Below, piece after piece: positions 17,781 through 26,592 of a stretch of 64,000 nucleotides of DNA (its first letter is position 1; each line of letters begins with the position of its first letter). The DNA is taken from contig CAJMPQ010000001.1 in the NCBI GenBank assembly GCA_905215335.1, positions 157,383 through 221,382 on the forward strand, given 5' to 3'. Under the pieces are notes generated by a model that saw only the letters and a list, made by a program, of their open reading frames with translations, did not search any database and was not told the DNA's origin. The DNA is from an uncultured bacterium. GTDB taxonomy: Bacteria > Cyanobacteriota > Vampirovibrionia > Gastranaerophilales > Gastranaerophilaceae. Position numbers and translations under genes: made by a program.

Positions 17781-18029
17781 ATGAAAGTTCAAGCAATAAA
17801 TAATAACCAAAATCAACAAACACAAACAATACCTAAAAAGAAAAGTAAATTTAATTCTGTAACTCTTACAGGATATGCTTCTCTAGGTTTTGGAATAGCC
17901 AGTGGCATTGCTGGAGCTAAAAAGAAAATTAAATTACATAAAAATTTAGCTTATATTGCAGGAGCATTGGCAATAATACATACAGGAATTATTGAATGGT
18001 CCCATTATAAATATCGTAAAAATAAATAA
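17781..18029 (+). CDS. Small membrane protein (82 aa, two hydrophobic segments)
   Basis: N/Q-rich N-terminus followed by LTGYASLGFGIASGIAGA and LAYIAGALAIIHTGII segments. Same strand and spacing as the preceding genes. Confidence 0.55.
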   Translation: MKVQAINNNQNQQTQTIPKKKSKFNSVTLTGYASLGFGIASGIAGAKKKIKLHKNLAYIAGALAIIHTGIIEWSHYKYRKNK

Positions 18030-18053
18030 ATAAAAAGAAAGAGAGAGAAACTT

Positions 18054-18509
18054 ATGACTGAATATTTAAATACAGAAATTCTTGGCATAGATAAAGATGG
18101 CAATGAAAATAAATACAAATTAAGTGATTTTAAAGGCAAAAAAATAATTTTATATTTCTACCCAAAAGATAACACTTCAGGATGCACGCAAGAAGCTTGC
18201 GATTTTAGAGATAATATCAATAGATTAACTTCTTATGCAACCGTAATAGGAGTTAGCCCAAATGATATAAAAAGTCATAAAAAATTTCAAGAAAAACAGA
18301 GTTTAAATTTCATTTTACTTGCAGATACCGAACAATTATTATCTAATCAATTTAATGTTTGGGTTGAAAAATCAATGTATGGAAAAAAATACATGGGTAT
18401 TGAACGTTCAACATTTATACTTGACGAAAACGGGCTTATTGAAAAAGAATGGCGCAAAGTCAAGGTGAAAGGCCATGTAGATGAAGTTATTTCATATTTA
18501 ACCGAATAA
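18054..18509 (+). CDS. bcp: Thioredoxin-dependent peroxiredoxin (Bcp/PrxQ)
   Basis: DFKGKKIILYFYPKDNTSGCTQEACDFRD is the peroxiredoxin active-site pattern. 151 aa. Confidence 0.9.
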   Translation: MTEYLNTEILGIDKDGNENKYKLSDFKGKKIILYFYPKDNTSGCTQEACDFRDNINRLTSYATVIGVSPNDIKSHKKFQEKQSLNFILLADTEQLLSNQFNVWVEKSMYGKKYMGIERSTFILDENGLIEKEWRKVKVKGHVDEVISYLTE

Positions 18510-18511
18510 TC

Positions 18512-18895
18512 TTAAACTTCTCTAGATGGAAACAACGCAACAATTATTGGTTGAATACAAAAAACTAATAATACAATCACGTAAAATAATATATGACTTT
18601 TTTGATTTATAAAATAAGATAATAATAAATGATCAAAAGTTAAAATAAAAGCAATAATAAATGCCCAAAACAGATTATTTATTATATCAAAAATTCTTTT
18701 TTTATAATTAAACATAACAAAAACATTAATAAGAAGTAATAAAACCATTACAAATAATGGATGAATATGATATCTTTGAGCTAAAGGGAAAAACAGTAAA
18801 CCTACAGCAAAATATAAAAAAGTTAATAAAATATGATAAATAATAAAAGTACTACTATCTAATTTCCCTTTTGGACTAAAAATATTATCATTCAT
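18512..18895 (-). CDS. Integral membrane protein, unknown function (possibly DUF805-like)
   Basis: 127 aa with four hydrophobic helices, ATG start and GAGGAG SD. Confidence 0.55.
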   Translation of the reverse strand: MNDNIFSPKGKLDSSTFIIYHILLTFLYFAVGLLFFPLAQRYHIHPLFVMVLLLLINVFVMFNYKKRIFDIINNLFWAFIIAFILTFDHLLLSYFINQKSHILFYVIVLLVFCIQPIIVALFPSREV

Positions 18896-18953
18896 AAAAT
18901 TCTCCTCAAAAACATTTTTATTATAACACTATAAATCAAAAATTTGCAAACAT

Positions 18954-18992
18954 AAAAAAAAGTCCGTAGATAAAATAAATCTACGGACTTTT
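18954..18992 (-). terminator. Rho-independent terminator of the 19012-19239 gene
   Basis: AGTCCGTAGAT-aaaataa-ATCTACGGACT. On the minus strand it is followed by a run of 8 T. Confidence 0.8.
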
Positions 18993-19011
18993 AAACTTAA
19001 CTAATTACAAA

Positions 19012-19239
19012 TTAAACTAATTTAACTGTAACTGATTTTGGTTTTTGAGTATAAGAGATTTTATCTTCTCTTGATAACCAACCTAAACCCATGTAAGTGA
19101 AATTATCATCTAAATCCATATCTTTTCTTAATTTGTTGATAGTAACTTCACCTTTGTCAGATAGGTAATTGTAGATTTTACCTGCTGATTCAATAATTTG
19201 AGTTTGCATTTCTTTTTGTTCTTTTTTTGCTGTAAACAT
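19012..19239 (-). CDS. Winged-helix domain protein (DUF2582-like)
   Basis: 75 aa. AGKIYNYLSDKGEVTINKLRKDMDLDDNFTYMGLGWLSREDKI matches the DUF2582 wHTH pattern. AGGAGG SD. Confidence 0.65.
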   Translation of the reverse strand: MFTAKKEQKEMQTQIIESAGKIYNYLSDKGEVTINKLRKDMDLDDNFTYMGLGWLSREDKISYTQKPKSVTVKLV

Positions 19240-19635
19240 GTTAAAAAACCTCCTTTAAAATCACAATTTTATAGTACTACTTTTTTATTATTAATGGAAT
19301 ATAATTTTTTTAAAAATATTAAAAACACCATTATGTCTAGGTTTTAGGCGCTTAACATTTCTAAACTTTCTTAAAGTATACTGCAAAAAATAAAAATTAT
19401 TTCATAAAAATAGCGTATTTTTTTATTAAAAATACATCAAATTATGTATTTTTGATATAAAAAACCTCTTTTAGGGCTAAAATTTATGAAAAAATAAAAA
19501 AATTTTAGAATAATTTTTTCATAATTAAAAATAAAAACACTGATTATAAAAAGATTTTCAAGATATCCACAAGATATAATTTTAACAAAATTATAAAAAC
19601 AAAAATTTTTAAGAAAACTGCACAAATAAATAAAA

Positions 19636-20106
19636 TTAATCTCTATTTAGAATAATTTTATCATTTTTACCAGACATTTGATTAGTCAAATTCTTGATAA
19701 CACTATCCAACTCTGATTTGTCATAATAATCACTATAAAAAATAAGTAACGGATTATTATTCTTTAAATTAAATACTAATAAATATGAAGAATACCCTTT
19801 TGCATATCTATTCCCTTTAACTTTTTGCCTTAAATAACCAACACTTTTAATATCAGAATAATCCACCAAATATTTTTTTGATTTTTGATTTATCAAATTA
19901 GTTTTTTCAACATAGCATTTATTCTCTGATTTTGAACATATTAAAGTTTCTTGTTTATAATTTGTGAATATCCCTGCAATAAGCACACCAACTGCAAGTG
20001 TTATAAAAATGATCTTTAATATATTTTTTAAACCTTGTTTTTCTAAATCTACAGACTCATTACTCATGCTTGCATTATCTCCAACTAACATTTTACAATC
20101 TACCAC
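19636..20106 (-). CDS. Membrane-anchored hypothetical protein
   Basis: The ORF carries a single TM segment (ILKIIFITLAVGVLIAGIF). The track start at 20106 is a GTG; in-frame ATGs at 20091 and 20067 are equally plausible. Confidence 0.55.
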   Translation of the reverse strand: MVDCKMLVGDNASMSNESVDLEKQGLKNILKIIFITLAVGVLIAGIFTNYKQETLICSKSENKCYVEKTNLINQKSKKYLVDYSDIKSVGYLRQKVKGNRYAKGYSSYLLVFNLKNNNPLLIFYSDYYDKSELDSVIKNLTNQMSGKNDKIILNRD

Positions 20107-20142
20107 AAAACATTTTTTGAGTATAATATGACTGAGGTTATT

Positions 20143-20799
20143 ATGAAAAAAAATATATTAATTTTTGATTTAGACGGAACACTTTTGAATACATTAGAAG
20201 ACTTAGCTGATAGTACAAACTTTGCGCTTCGCCAATATAATTATCCAGAAAGGACAATTGAAGAAGTTCGTAACTTTGTAGGTAATGGAGTTGCAAAACT
20301 TATAGAAAGAGCCATACCTGAAGGTTTAAACAACCCTAATTTTGAGAATTGTCTAAAAACTTTCAAAGAAAATTACTCACAAAACATGTACAACAAAACG
20401 GCTCCATACAATGGAATTATAGAAATGCTTGAAAAACTAAGAGCTGACAATTGTAAAATTGCAGTTGTTTCAAACAAATTTGATGCAGCTGTAAAAGAAC
20501 TTTGTCAAAAATATTTTCCAAACCTAATTGATATTGCAATTGGAGAAAACGAAGCAGCCGGTATAAAGAAAAAACCAGCACCGGATACAGTAATTCAAGT
20601 ATTAAAAGAATTAAATTGTGACAAATCTGAAGCTATATATCTCGGGGATTCCGAAGTTGACATTATGACCGCTGAAAATTCAGGAATGCCTTGCATAAGT
20701 GTAACTTGGGGCTTCAAAGATGAAGACTTTTTAAAAAGACATAATGCGCAAATAATTGTTAACAATCCACAAGAGATTATTAATTTTATAGAACAATAG
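20143..20799 (+). CDS. HAD-family hydrolase, phosphoglycolate phosphatase-like
   Basis: MKKNILIFDLDGTLLNT..., VVSNK..., GDSEVDIMTAENSG. ATG 20143 follows GAGG. A TATAAT at 20121-20126 would place the track start at 20128 inside the leader. Confidence 0.85.
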   Translation: MKKNILIFDLDGTLLNTLEDLADSTNFALRQYNYPERTIEEVRNFVGNGVAKLIERAIPEGLNNPNFENCLKTFKENYSQNMYNKTAPYNGIIEMLEKLRADNCKIAVVSNKFDAAVKELCQKYFPNLIDIAIGENEAAGIKKKPAPDTVIQVLKELNCDKSEAIYLGDSEVDIMTAENSGMPCISVTWGFKDEDFLKRHNAQIIVNNPQEIINFIEQ

Positions 20800-20877
20800 C
20801 TTAAACAAATTAACCAATTGATGTCATAAATATTCTTATTTAAAGTATTTGAAAAGAATACAAAAAGGGGAATTTTT

Positions 20878-22152
20878 ATGCCATCAACAGTAAAAAATAT
20901 TCATGCTCGTCAAATTCTTGATTCTAGAGGAAATCCAACTATAGAAGTTGATGTGATGCTTTCAAGCGGAGAAGTTGGAACAGCCTCTGTACCATCAGGA
21001 GCATCAAAAGGTAAATTTGAAGCAATAGAATTAAGAGATAACGAAGATGAATACGATGGTAAAAGTGTCCGCAAAGCAATCTACAATGTTAATAAAATTA
21101 TAGCTCCTGTACTGATTAACCAAAACATATCAAATCAAGCATTTATAGATAAAACACTAATTGAACTTGATGGAACTGAAAACAAAGGAACTCTTGGTGC
21201 AAATGCAATGCTAGGGGTATCTATGGCTTGTGCAAGAGCAGGCGCTTCTTCATACAAACTACCATTATACGAATATTTAGGTGGTATTTTTGCAAAAACA
21301 ATGCCTGTACCAATGATGAACATTTTAAATGGTGGAGTTCATGCAAATAACAATTTAGAATTTCAAGAATTTATGATTGCACCCGTTGGTGCAGAAAATT
21401 TCACGCACGCACTTGAAATAGGTGCAGAAATTTTTTATGAATTAAAAAAAATACTGACCAAACAAAAATTATCAACAAACGTTGGAGATGAAGGTGGATT
21501 TGCTCCAAACATCAGCACAAATACAGATGCAATAAAACTTGTTATTGATGCCATAGAAAAAACAGGATATTCAACAGACAAAGTAAAAATTTGTCTTGAT
21601 ATAGCAGCAAGCGAATTTTATAACAAAGGAAAATATTTTATTAGAGGATATGGATATTCAACAACAGAATTTATAGAAATTCTTGAAAAAGTAATAACAA
21701 CATTTCCTATAATTTCAATAGAAGATCCATTAGCACAAGACGACTTAGAAGGTTGGGCTACACTTACGAGGAAAATAGGAAGCAAATGTCAACTAGTAGG
21801 AGATGATCTATTTGTTACCAATATAAAACGTATAAAAATGGGAGTTACTAAAAAACTTGCCAATTCAGTACTAATAAAACCAAATCAAATTGGCACAATT
21901 TCAGAAACAATAGATGCAATTACCTATGCACAAAAACATTGCTATACAACAATAATTTCTCACCGCTCAGGTGAAACTGAAGATACATTTATTGCAGATT
22001 TAGCTGTTGCGTCTAATAGTGGCCTTATAAAAACAGGTTCAATTTCTCGCAGCGAAAGAGTAGCAAAATATAACAGACTTTTAAAAATAGAACAGCACCT
22101 TGGAAATAATGCCAAATACCTCGGTTATGATGCTTTTAACCCTAAAAATTAG
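20878..22152 (+). CDS. eno: Enolase
   Basis: IHARQILDSRGNPTIEVDV...SGASKG..EA.ELRD...IKPNQIGT..E...SHRSGETED: a full-length 424-aa enolase pattern. Confidence 0.97.
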   Translation: MPSTVKNIHARQILDSRGNPTIEVDVMLSSGEVGTASVPSGASKGKFEAIELRDNEDEYDGKSVRKAIYNVNKIIAPVLINQNISNQAFIDKTLIELDGTENKGTLGANAMLGVSMACARAGASSYKLPLYEYLGGIFAKTMPVPMMNILNGGVHANNNLEFQEFMIAPVGAENFTHALEIGAEIFYELKKILTKQKLSTNVGDEGGFAPNISTNTDAIKLVIDAIEKTGYSTDKVKICLDIAASEFYNKGKYFIRGYGYSTTEFIEILEKVITTFPIISIEDPLAQDDLEGWATLTRKIGSKCQLVGDDLFVTNIKRIKMGVTKKLANSVLIKPNQIGTISETIDAITYAQKHCYTTIISHRSGETEDTFIADLAVASNSGLIKTGSISRSERVAKYNRLLKIEQHLGNNAKYLGYDAFNPKN

Positions 22153-22186
22153 AGAATAAAAACAAACAATGACAAATAAAGCTGAA

Positions 22187-22214
22187 TTGATTAATTTTTA
22201 TTTTTTACTATAAT
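22187..22214 (+). promoter_or_regulatory. Candidate sigma70-type promoter of the DAHP synthase gene
   Basis: TTGATT (22187-22192), a 16-nt spacer, then TATAAT (22209-22214), about 25 nt upstream of the ATG. The AT-rich background lowers specificity. Confidence 0.35.
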
Positions 22215-22238
22215 CTTAGTAAAAATAGAATAAGGAAT

Positions 22239-23294
22239 ATGAAAATGATTATAATAATGGAACCCCAGGCTACTGCTGAAAACATTAAAGCAGTTACAGA
22301 ATTATTAAAAGAACACGGATTTAAAGTTATAGTTCATAAAGGTGATGTACACACTGTAATAGATGCACTAGGCGATAAAACCACATTATCTCCGAATAGA
22401 ATTGACGCAATGGATGGTGTGAAAAAAATTAAATTTATAAGAGAACCATTTCGTTTAGCATCAAGAGATAGAAAATCAGAAGATACAGTTATTGAATTTG
22501 ACAATGGAGTGAAAATAGGTGGAGCAAACAGACCAGTATTTATGGTTGGACCTTGCTCAGTAGAAGATAACTACGAAGGTTTATTAGAAGTTGCAATTGC
22601 AGCAAAAGAACTTGGATGCCAATTTCTAAGAGGTGGAGCTTTCAAACCTAGAACTTCACCTTATGAATTTGATGGATTGGGAGAAAAAGCTCTTAAATAT
22701 CTTGCACAAGCAAAAGAAGAAACCGGCCTTCTCGTTGTAACAGAACTTATGGATTCAGCGGATTTGGAATTAGTATGCAATTATGCAGATGTAATTCAAA
22801 TCGGTGCAAGAAATATGCAAAATTTCAAATTACTAAAAGCTGTAGGTAAATGTAACAAACCAATTATTCTAAAACGTGGACCTGCAAGTACAATTAGAGA
22901 ATTTTTACTAGCTGCTGAACATATTATGTACAACGGAAACGAAAAAGTTATACTATGCGAACGTGGTCTAAAGAGTTTTGATAGTGCATTTACAAGAAAT
23001 CTATTAGATATTTCAGCAATTCCGGTAATAAAAAAATATTCACACTTACCAATAATTGTAGATCCTAGCCATGGAACAGGACAAAGATACTTAATTGAAC
23101 CAATGGCTAAAGCTGGCTTAGTAGTAGGGGCTGATGGTGTAATGGTAGAAGTACACCATAATCCGGCACAGGCATTAAGTGATGGAAAACAGAGTCTATC
23201 AATCCCTCAATTCAAAGAAGTATTTACAAAATTAAATAATTTAATTGACACACTTCATCTTGAAAAAAGTCTTACTATTTCTAACCTTGAATAG
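22239..23294 (+). CDS. 3-deoxy-7-phosphoheptulonate (DAHP) synthase, type I-beta, with an N-terminal regulatory domain
   Basis: Core pattern GPCSVE....LRGGAFKPRTSPY.F.G....GL..L.....E.GL.VVTE...IGARNMQNF.LL......KP..LKRG...DPSH. A roughly 70-aa N-terminal ferredoxin-like extension resembles Thermotoga-type enzymes. The start may be ATG 22245. Confidence 0.9.
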   Translation: MKMIIIMEPQATAENIKAVTELLKEHGFKVIVHKGDVHTVIDALGDKTTLSPNRIDAMDGVKKIKFIREPFRLASRDRKSEDTVIEFDNGVKIGGANRPVFMVGPCSVEDNYEGLLEVAIAAKELGCQFLRGGAFKPRTSPYEFDGLGEKALKYLAQAKEETGLLVVTELMDSADLELVCNYADVIQIGARNMQNFKLLKAVGKCNKPIILKRGPASTIREFLLAAEHIMYNGNEKVILCERGLKSFDSAFTRNLLDISAIPVIKKYSHLPIIVDPSHGTGQRYLIEPMAKAGLVVGADGVMVEVHHNPAQALSDGKQSLSIPQFKEVFTKLNNLIDTLHLEKSLTISNLE

Positions 23295-23409
23295 TATTAC
23301 AGCTGCATTATTAAGAAATATTACATTTAAACTTAAAATAATAGCAATTTAAAAACTTTTTAGTACTTTATAAACTTGTAAGGGAAAAGGCAGAAAGGAA
23401 TTTTTATTT

Positions 23410-24570
23410 ATGGTAGAAGTAAATAGGATTGGGAATTATGGTTATTATCCTCAAGCCACATCTTTCACTGCACAAAGACGTGAATACAGAGGAATTGAAG
23501 ATTTTAAACCAGGTTTATACGACCCTGAACAAAGAGAAAAAGCTGAAAAAAAATCTAGCAATTTATTAAAATTAACCGCATTAACAGTAGCTGGTATTGG
23601 TGCATACTTGTTCTTTGCTAAAACAGGTAAAGGAAAAGCTTTATGGAATAAAATTACAAGTTTCTTTAGAAAAACTCCTACAGCTCAAGCAACACAAGGT
23701 GCTCAAGCAACACAAGCAACACAAGCAGCCCAAACTGCAGCAACAACTACTGCGACAAACGCTACAACAAAAGGAGCTAAACCACATAGAGTTAGAAAAC
23801 CTAAAGCTCAAAAAGCTATTGTTGCTGAAAATGCAGAATTATTACCAAATCAAAAAGTAAAAATAAAAAATGGCGGTGGAAAAGAAGCTGTACATAAAGT
23901 TAGACGTAATGAAAAGAAAATTACAAATGAAACATTAATGAACGAAAAAAATAATGCAGTGACAACAAAAGATTTAGATAATTGGCAAGCTAGTTTAGGT
24001 AAACAAGCAACACCAGAAGAAACTGTACTTATTAATAATAACAACAAACCTGCAACAACTTCATTAGCAGACGTAATGCAAGAACAAGGTATTCAAAGAA
24101 CTAAAAATTCATCAGGTCGTATTGTGTTAGAACAAACTCAAAAAGCTCCAAAAACAAAAGCTCCAGCTACACCAGTACCTGCAGTTCCTGTAGCCGATAA
24201 TGCAACTAAAATCGCAGAAATTGAAGCTAAAATTGCACAAAATAATAAAACTATAAAGATGTGGAAAGGGATGAGAACATCTCATCTAGAACAAGAAAAC
24301 GCAAAACTACTTAAAGAACTTGATGCATTAAAAGGAAATACTCCAGCAGCTGTTTCTAAACCTGTAAAACCAGTAGCTGAAGTTGCGCCAAATACAAAAG
24401 CAGCTCAAATTGAAGAAGCTTGGGCACAATATACAAGTAAACCTGCAGCAGCTGTTCCTGAAACAAAAGCTCCAACATTAGCTGAAAAATTTGCACAAGT
24501 AGATGCTGAAGCAGCAAAAATGGCTCAAGAAGAAGCTGAAGCACTTGCAAAAATGGGAATTTCCCTATAA
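23410..24570 (+). CDS. Hypothetical membrane-anchored, Ala/Thr/Gln/Pro/Lys-rich low-complexity protein
   Basis: 386 aa. N-terminal ...ATSFTAQRRE motif, one TM segment (LLKLTALTVAGIGAYLFFA), then low-complexity and coiled-coil sequence. Confidence 0.65.
   Translation: MVEVNRIGNYGYYPQATSFTAQRREYRGIEDFKPGLYDPEQREKAEKKSSNLLKLTALTVAGIGAYLFFAKTGKGKALWNKITSFFRKTPTAQATQGAQATQATQAAQTAATTTATNATTKGAKPHRVRKPKAQKAIVAENAELLPNQKVKIKNGGGKEAVHKVRRNEKKITNETLMNEKNNAVTTKDLDNWQASLGKQATPEETVLINNNNKPATTSLADVMQEQGIQRTKNSSGRIVLEQTQKAPKTKAPATPVPAVPVADNATKIAEIEAKIAQNNKTIKMWKGMRTSHLEQENAKLLKELDALKGNTPAAVSKPVKPVAEVAPNTKAAQIEEAWAQYTSKPAAAVPETKAPTLAEKFAQVDAEAAKMAQEEAEALAKMGISL
23683..23727 (+). repeat. Short in-frame tandem repeat (18-nt unit twice, then a 9-nt CAACACAAG unit) encoding AQATQG-AQATQ-ATQ
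   Basis: GCTCAAGCAACACAAGGT / GCTCAAGCAACACAAGCA / ACACAAGCA, read directly. CAACACAAG occurs at 23690, 23708 and 23717. Confidence 0.8.
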
Positions 24571-24607
24571 CCAACCCCACTTCAACCCATAAATAAAATT
24601 CCAAATA

Positions 24608-25360
24608 TTATAAAAACATCGATTGGCGATTTAATTTAATCTCATTTATCTGTTCAAGATAATCCGAATTAGTTAAATCGCCAATCGATTTATACAATTT
24701 TAAAATACTTGTTTGAATATTACCTGAATTCATCATAACCATATCATTGGCCATTTCAGTGTTAGACATAGCGAGTCTTGTCATATCTCTAAATCCCGAT
24801 GAGGCAATTTCTAAAGCTAAAGGATTTTCACTGGCAGTTTTAAATATCGCTTGAGCAATAACCATTGGCATATGAGAAATTAATGCAACAGCTTCATCAT
24901 GTTTGTCTGGCGTCGTTTCTACAATTTTTGCACCCAAAGCATTGATAATTTTTATTAATCTTTCATCATTACCATAAACCGGAGTAATTACCCATTTTGC
25001 ATTTTTAAACAGACCTTCAAAAGAATTTTCAAATCCCTTATGCTCAGTTCCTGCCATAGGATGTGATGGAATAAATTTATACGAGCGTTTTTTATTACAC
25101 ACAAACTGTTTCAGGGAACAAACATCAGTAACAATAGTTTCCTCACTTAAAATATCTTCCAATTTATCTAAAATAGAAAGTGTTTTATTCATTGCAGAAC
25201 AAACAAATACAACATCGCAATCTTTCAAAACTTTATAATCTTTATAAATTTTTTCACCATTTTGAGAATTTGAAACCGCTATAACATCATATCCAAGCTT
25301 AACCAAATCCTTAAAAATAGAACCACCTATTAAACCTAAACCAATAATTCCAATTTTCAT
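24608..25360 (-). CDS. tyrA: Prephenate dehydrogenase
   Basis: MKIGIIGLGLIGGSI (Rossmann), SHPMAGTE, and the HD..VA.ISH.P pattern. 250 aa. Confidence 0.85.
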   Translation of the reverse strand: MKIGIIGLGLIGGSIFKDLVKLGYDVIAVSNSQNGEKIYKDYKVLKDCDVVFVCSAMNKTLSILDKLEDILSEETIVTDVCSLKQFVCNKKRSYKFIPSHPMAGTEHKGFENSFEGLFKNAKWVITPVYGNDERLIKIINALGAKIVETTPDKHDEAVALISHMPMVIAQAIFKTASENPLALEIASSGFRDMTRLAMSNTEMANDMVMMNSGNIQTSILKLYKSIGDLTNSDYLEQINEIKLNRQSMFL

Positions 25361-25438
25361 TCTTACCCACTTTCAAAATAAAATATAACATAATAATAAT
25401 TTGTAGCATATATTTAGTCCTTGTGCTAATATTTTTAT

Positions 25439-26584
25439 ATGGATAGATTAGAATTTATTAATGCAAAACGTATAGTTATAAAATTAGGAACAAATGTTTT
25501 AAGAAATGATGAAGGATATGTTTCTTTACCAAGAGTATATTCATTCATTGAAGATATCGCAACTCTTGTAAAATCAGGTAAAGAAGTTATTATCATCACT
25601 TCAGGTGCTGTAGGACTAGGCAAAAAACGATTAGGACTTGAAAATACTCAAGGTACAGCACTAAAACAAGCTTGTGCTGCAATTGGACAAGGAAAATTAA
25701 TGTCAATTTATGAAAATGGATTTGACACTTACGGATTAACCGCAGCACAAATATTATTAACAGAAGACGACTTTTCAGTTCGCCAAAGATACTTAAGTTT
25801 AAGAACCACATTCAACAAACTATTAGAACTTGGTGCAATTCCTGTAATAAATCAGAACGATACAGTTTCAACACTTGATGTTGCACTAAGATATATTCAA
25901 GAAGATATGCAAGTTTGTTTCTCTGATAATGATAAATTATCAGCTTTAGTAGCAAGTGAATTAGATGCAGATTTATTAATAATATTATCAGATATAAACG
26001 GATTATATGATGATAATCCTAAAAATAATCCTGATGCAAAATTAATAAAATCAGTTCCGGAAGTTAATGATGAAATTATGGCATTAGCATCTGGAGTTTC
26101 TGATGGCGGTCGTGGCGGTATGGAAACAAAATTAAAAGCCGCAAGACTTGTAACCAGATTTGGCGGTAAAGTTCTTATTGCTAACGGAAAAGAACCTTTT
26201 ATTATCAGACGCATATTTAGTGGCGAAGATTTAGGTACTATGTTCTTACCGCAAAAAGAAAATTTATCTGATAAAAAACGTTGGATTGGATATGCTACAA
26301 ATATTATCGGAAAAATTATTGTAAACGATGGAGCTAAAAAAGCTCTTCTTGCAGAAAAGAGTTTATTACCAATCGGTGTTATTGGAGTAAAAAATTCCTT
26401 CCATAAAGGTGATGTTATATCAATCCTTGATGAAAAGAAAAAAGAATTTGCTAGAGGTATTGTAAATTACGATTCTGACTCTTGCAAAAAACTTATAGGT
26501 AGCCACTCTGATAACATTGTAGAAATTTTAGGATTTAAAAACTACGATGCAATTATTACCCGAGATAATATAACTATTTTATAG
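25439..26584 (+). CDS. proB: Glutamate 5-kinase (with C-terminal PUA domain)
   Basis: RIVIKLGTNVL...IITSGAVGLG...FSDNDKLSALVA...LLIILSDINGLY...GGMETKL, plus a PUA-like C-terminus. 381 aa. Confidence 0.93.
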   Translation: MDRLEFINAKRIVIKLGTNVLRNDEGYVSLPRVYSFIEDIATLVKSGKEVIIITSGAVGLGKKRLGLENTQGTALKQACAAIGQGKLMSIYENGFDTYGLTAAQILLTEDDFSVRQRYLSLRTTFNKLLELGAIPVINQNDTVSTLDVALRYIQEDMQVCFSDNDKLSALVASELDADLLIILSDINGLYDDNPKNNPDAKLIKSVPEVNDEIMALASGVSDGGRGGMETKLKAARLVTRFGGKVLIANGKEPFIIRRIFSGEDLGTMFLPQKENLSDKKRWIGYATNIIGKIIVNDGAKKALLAEKSLLPIGVIGVKNSFHKGDVISILDEKKKEFARGIVNYDSDSCKKLIGSHSDNIVEILGFKNYDAIITRDNITIL

Positions 26585-26592
26585 GATTTAAT

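Noticed and set aside
19437-19625. 62-aa ORF from the track in the 19240-19635 gap
   Set aside because: It lies in an extremely AT-rich intergenic region with no SD, and the product is Phe/Ile/Lys/Asn low complexity. It is most likely non-coding leader or terminator sequence between two minus-strand genes.
19240-19635. 396-nt gene-free region examined for a structured ncRNA or riboswitch
   Set aside because: I could form only short A/T-only hairpins (for example AAAAATACAT-caaatt-ATGTATTTTT at 19429-19454). There are no GC-supported helices and no motifs recalling tmRNA, RNase P, SRP, 6S or known riboswitches. I cannot exclude a small RNA without covariance-model searches.
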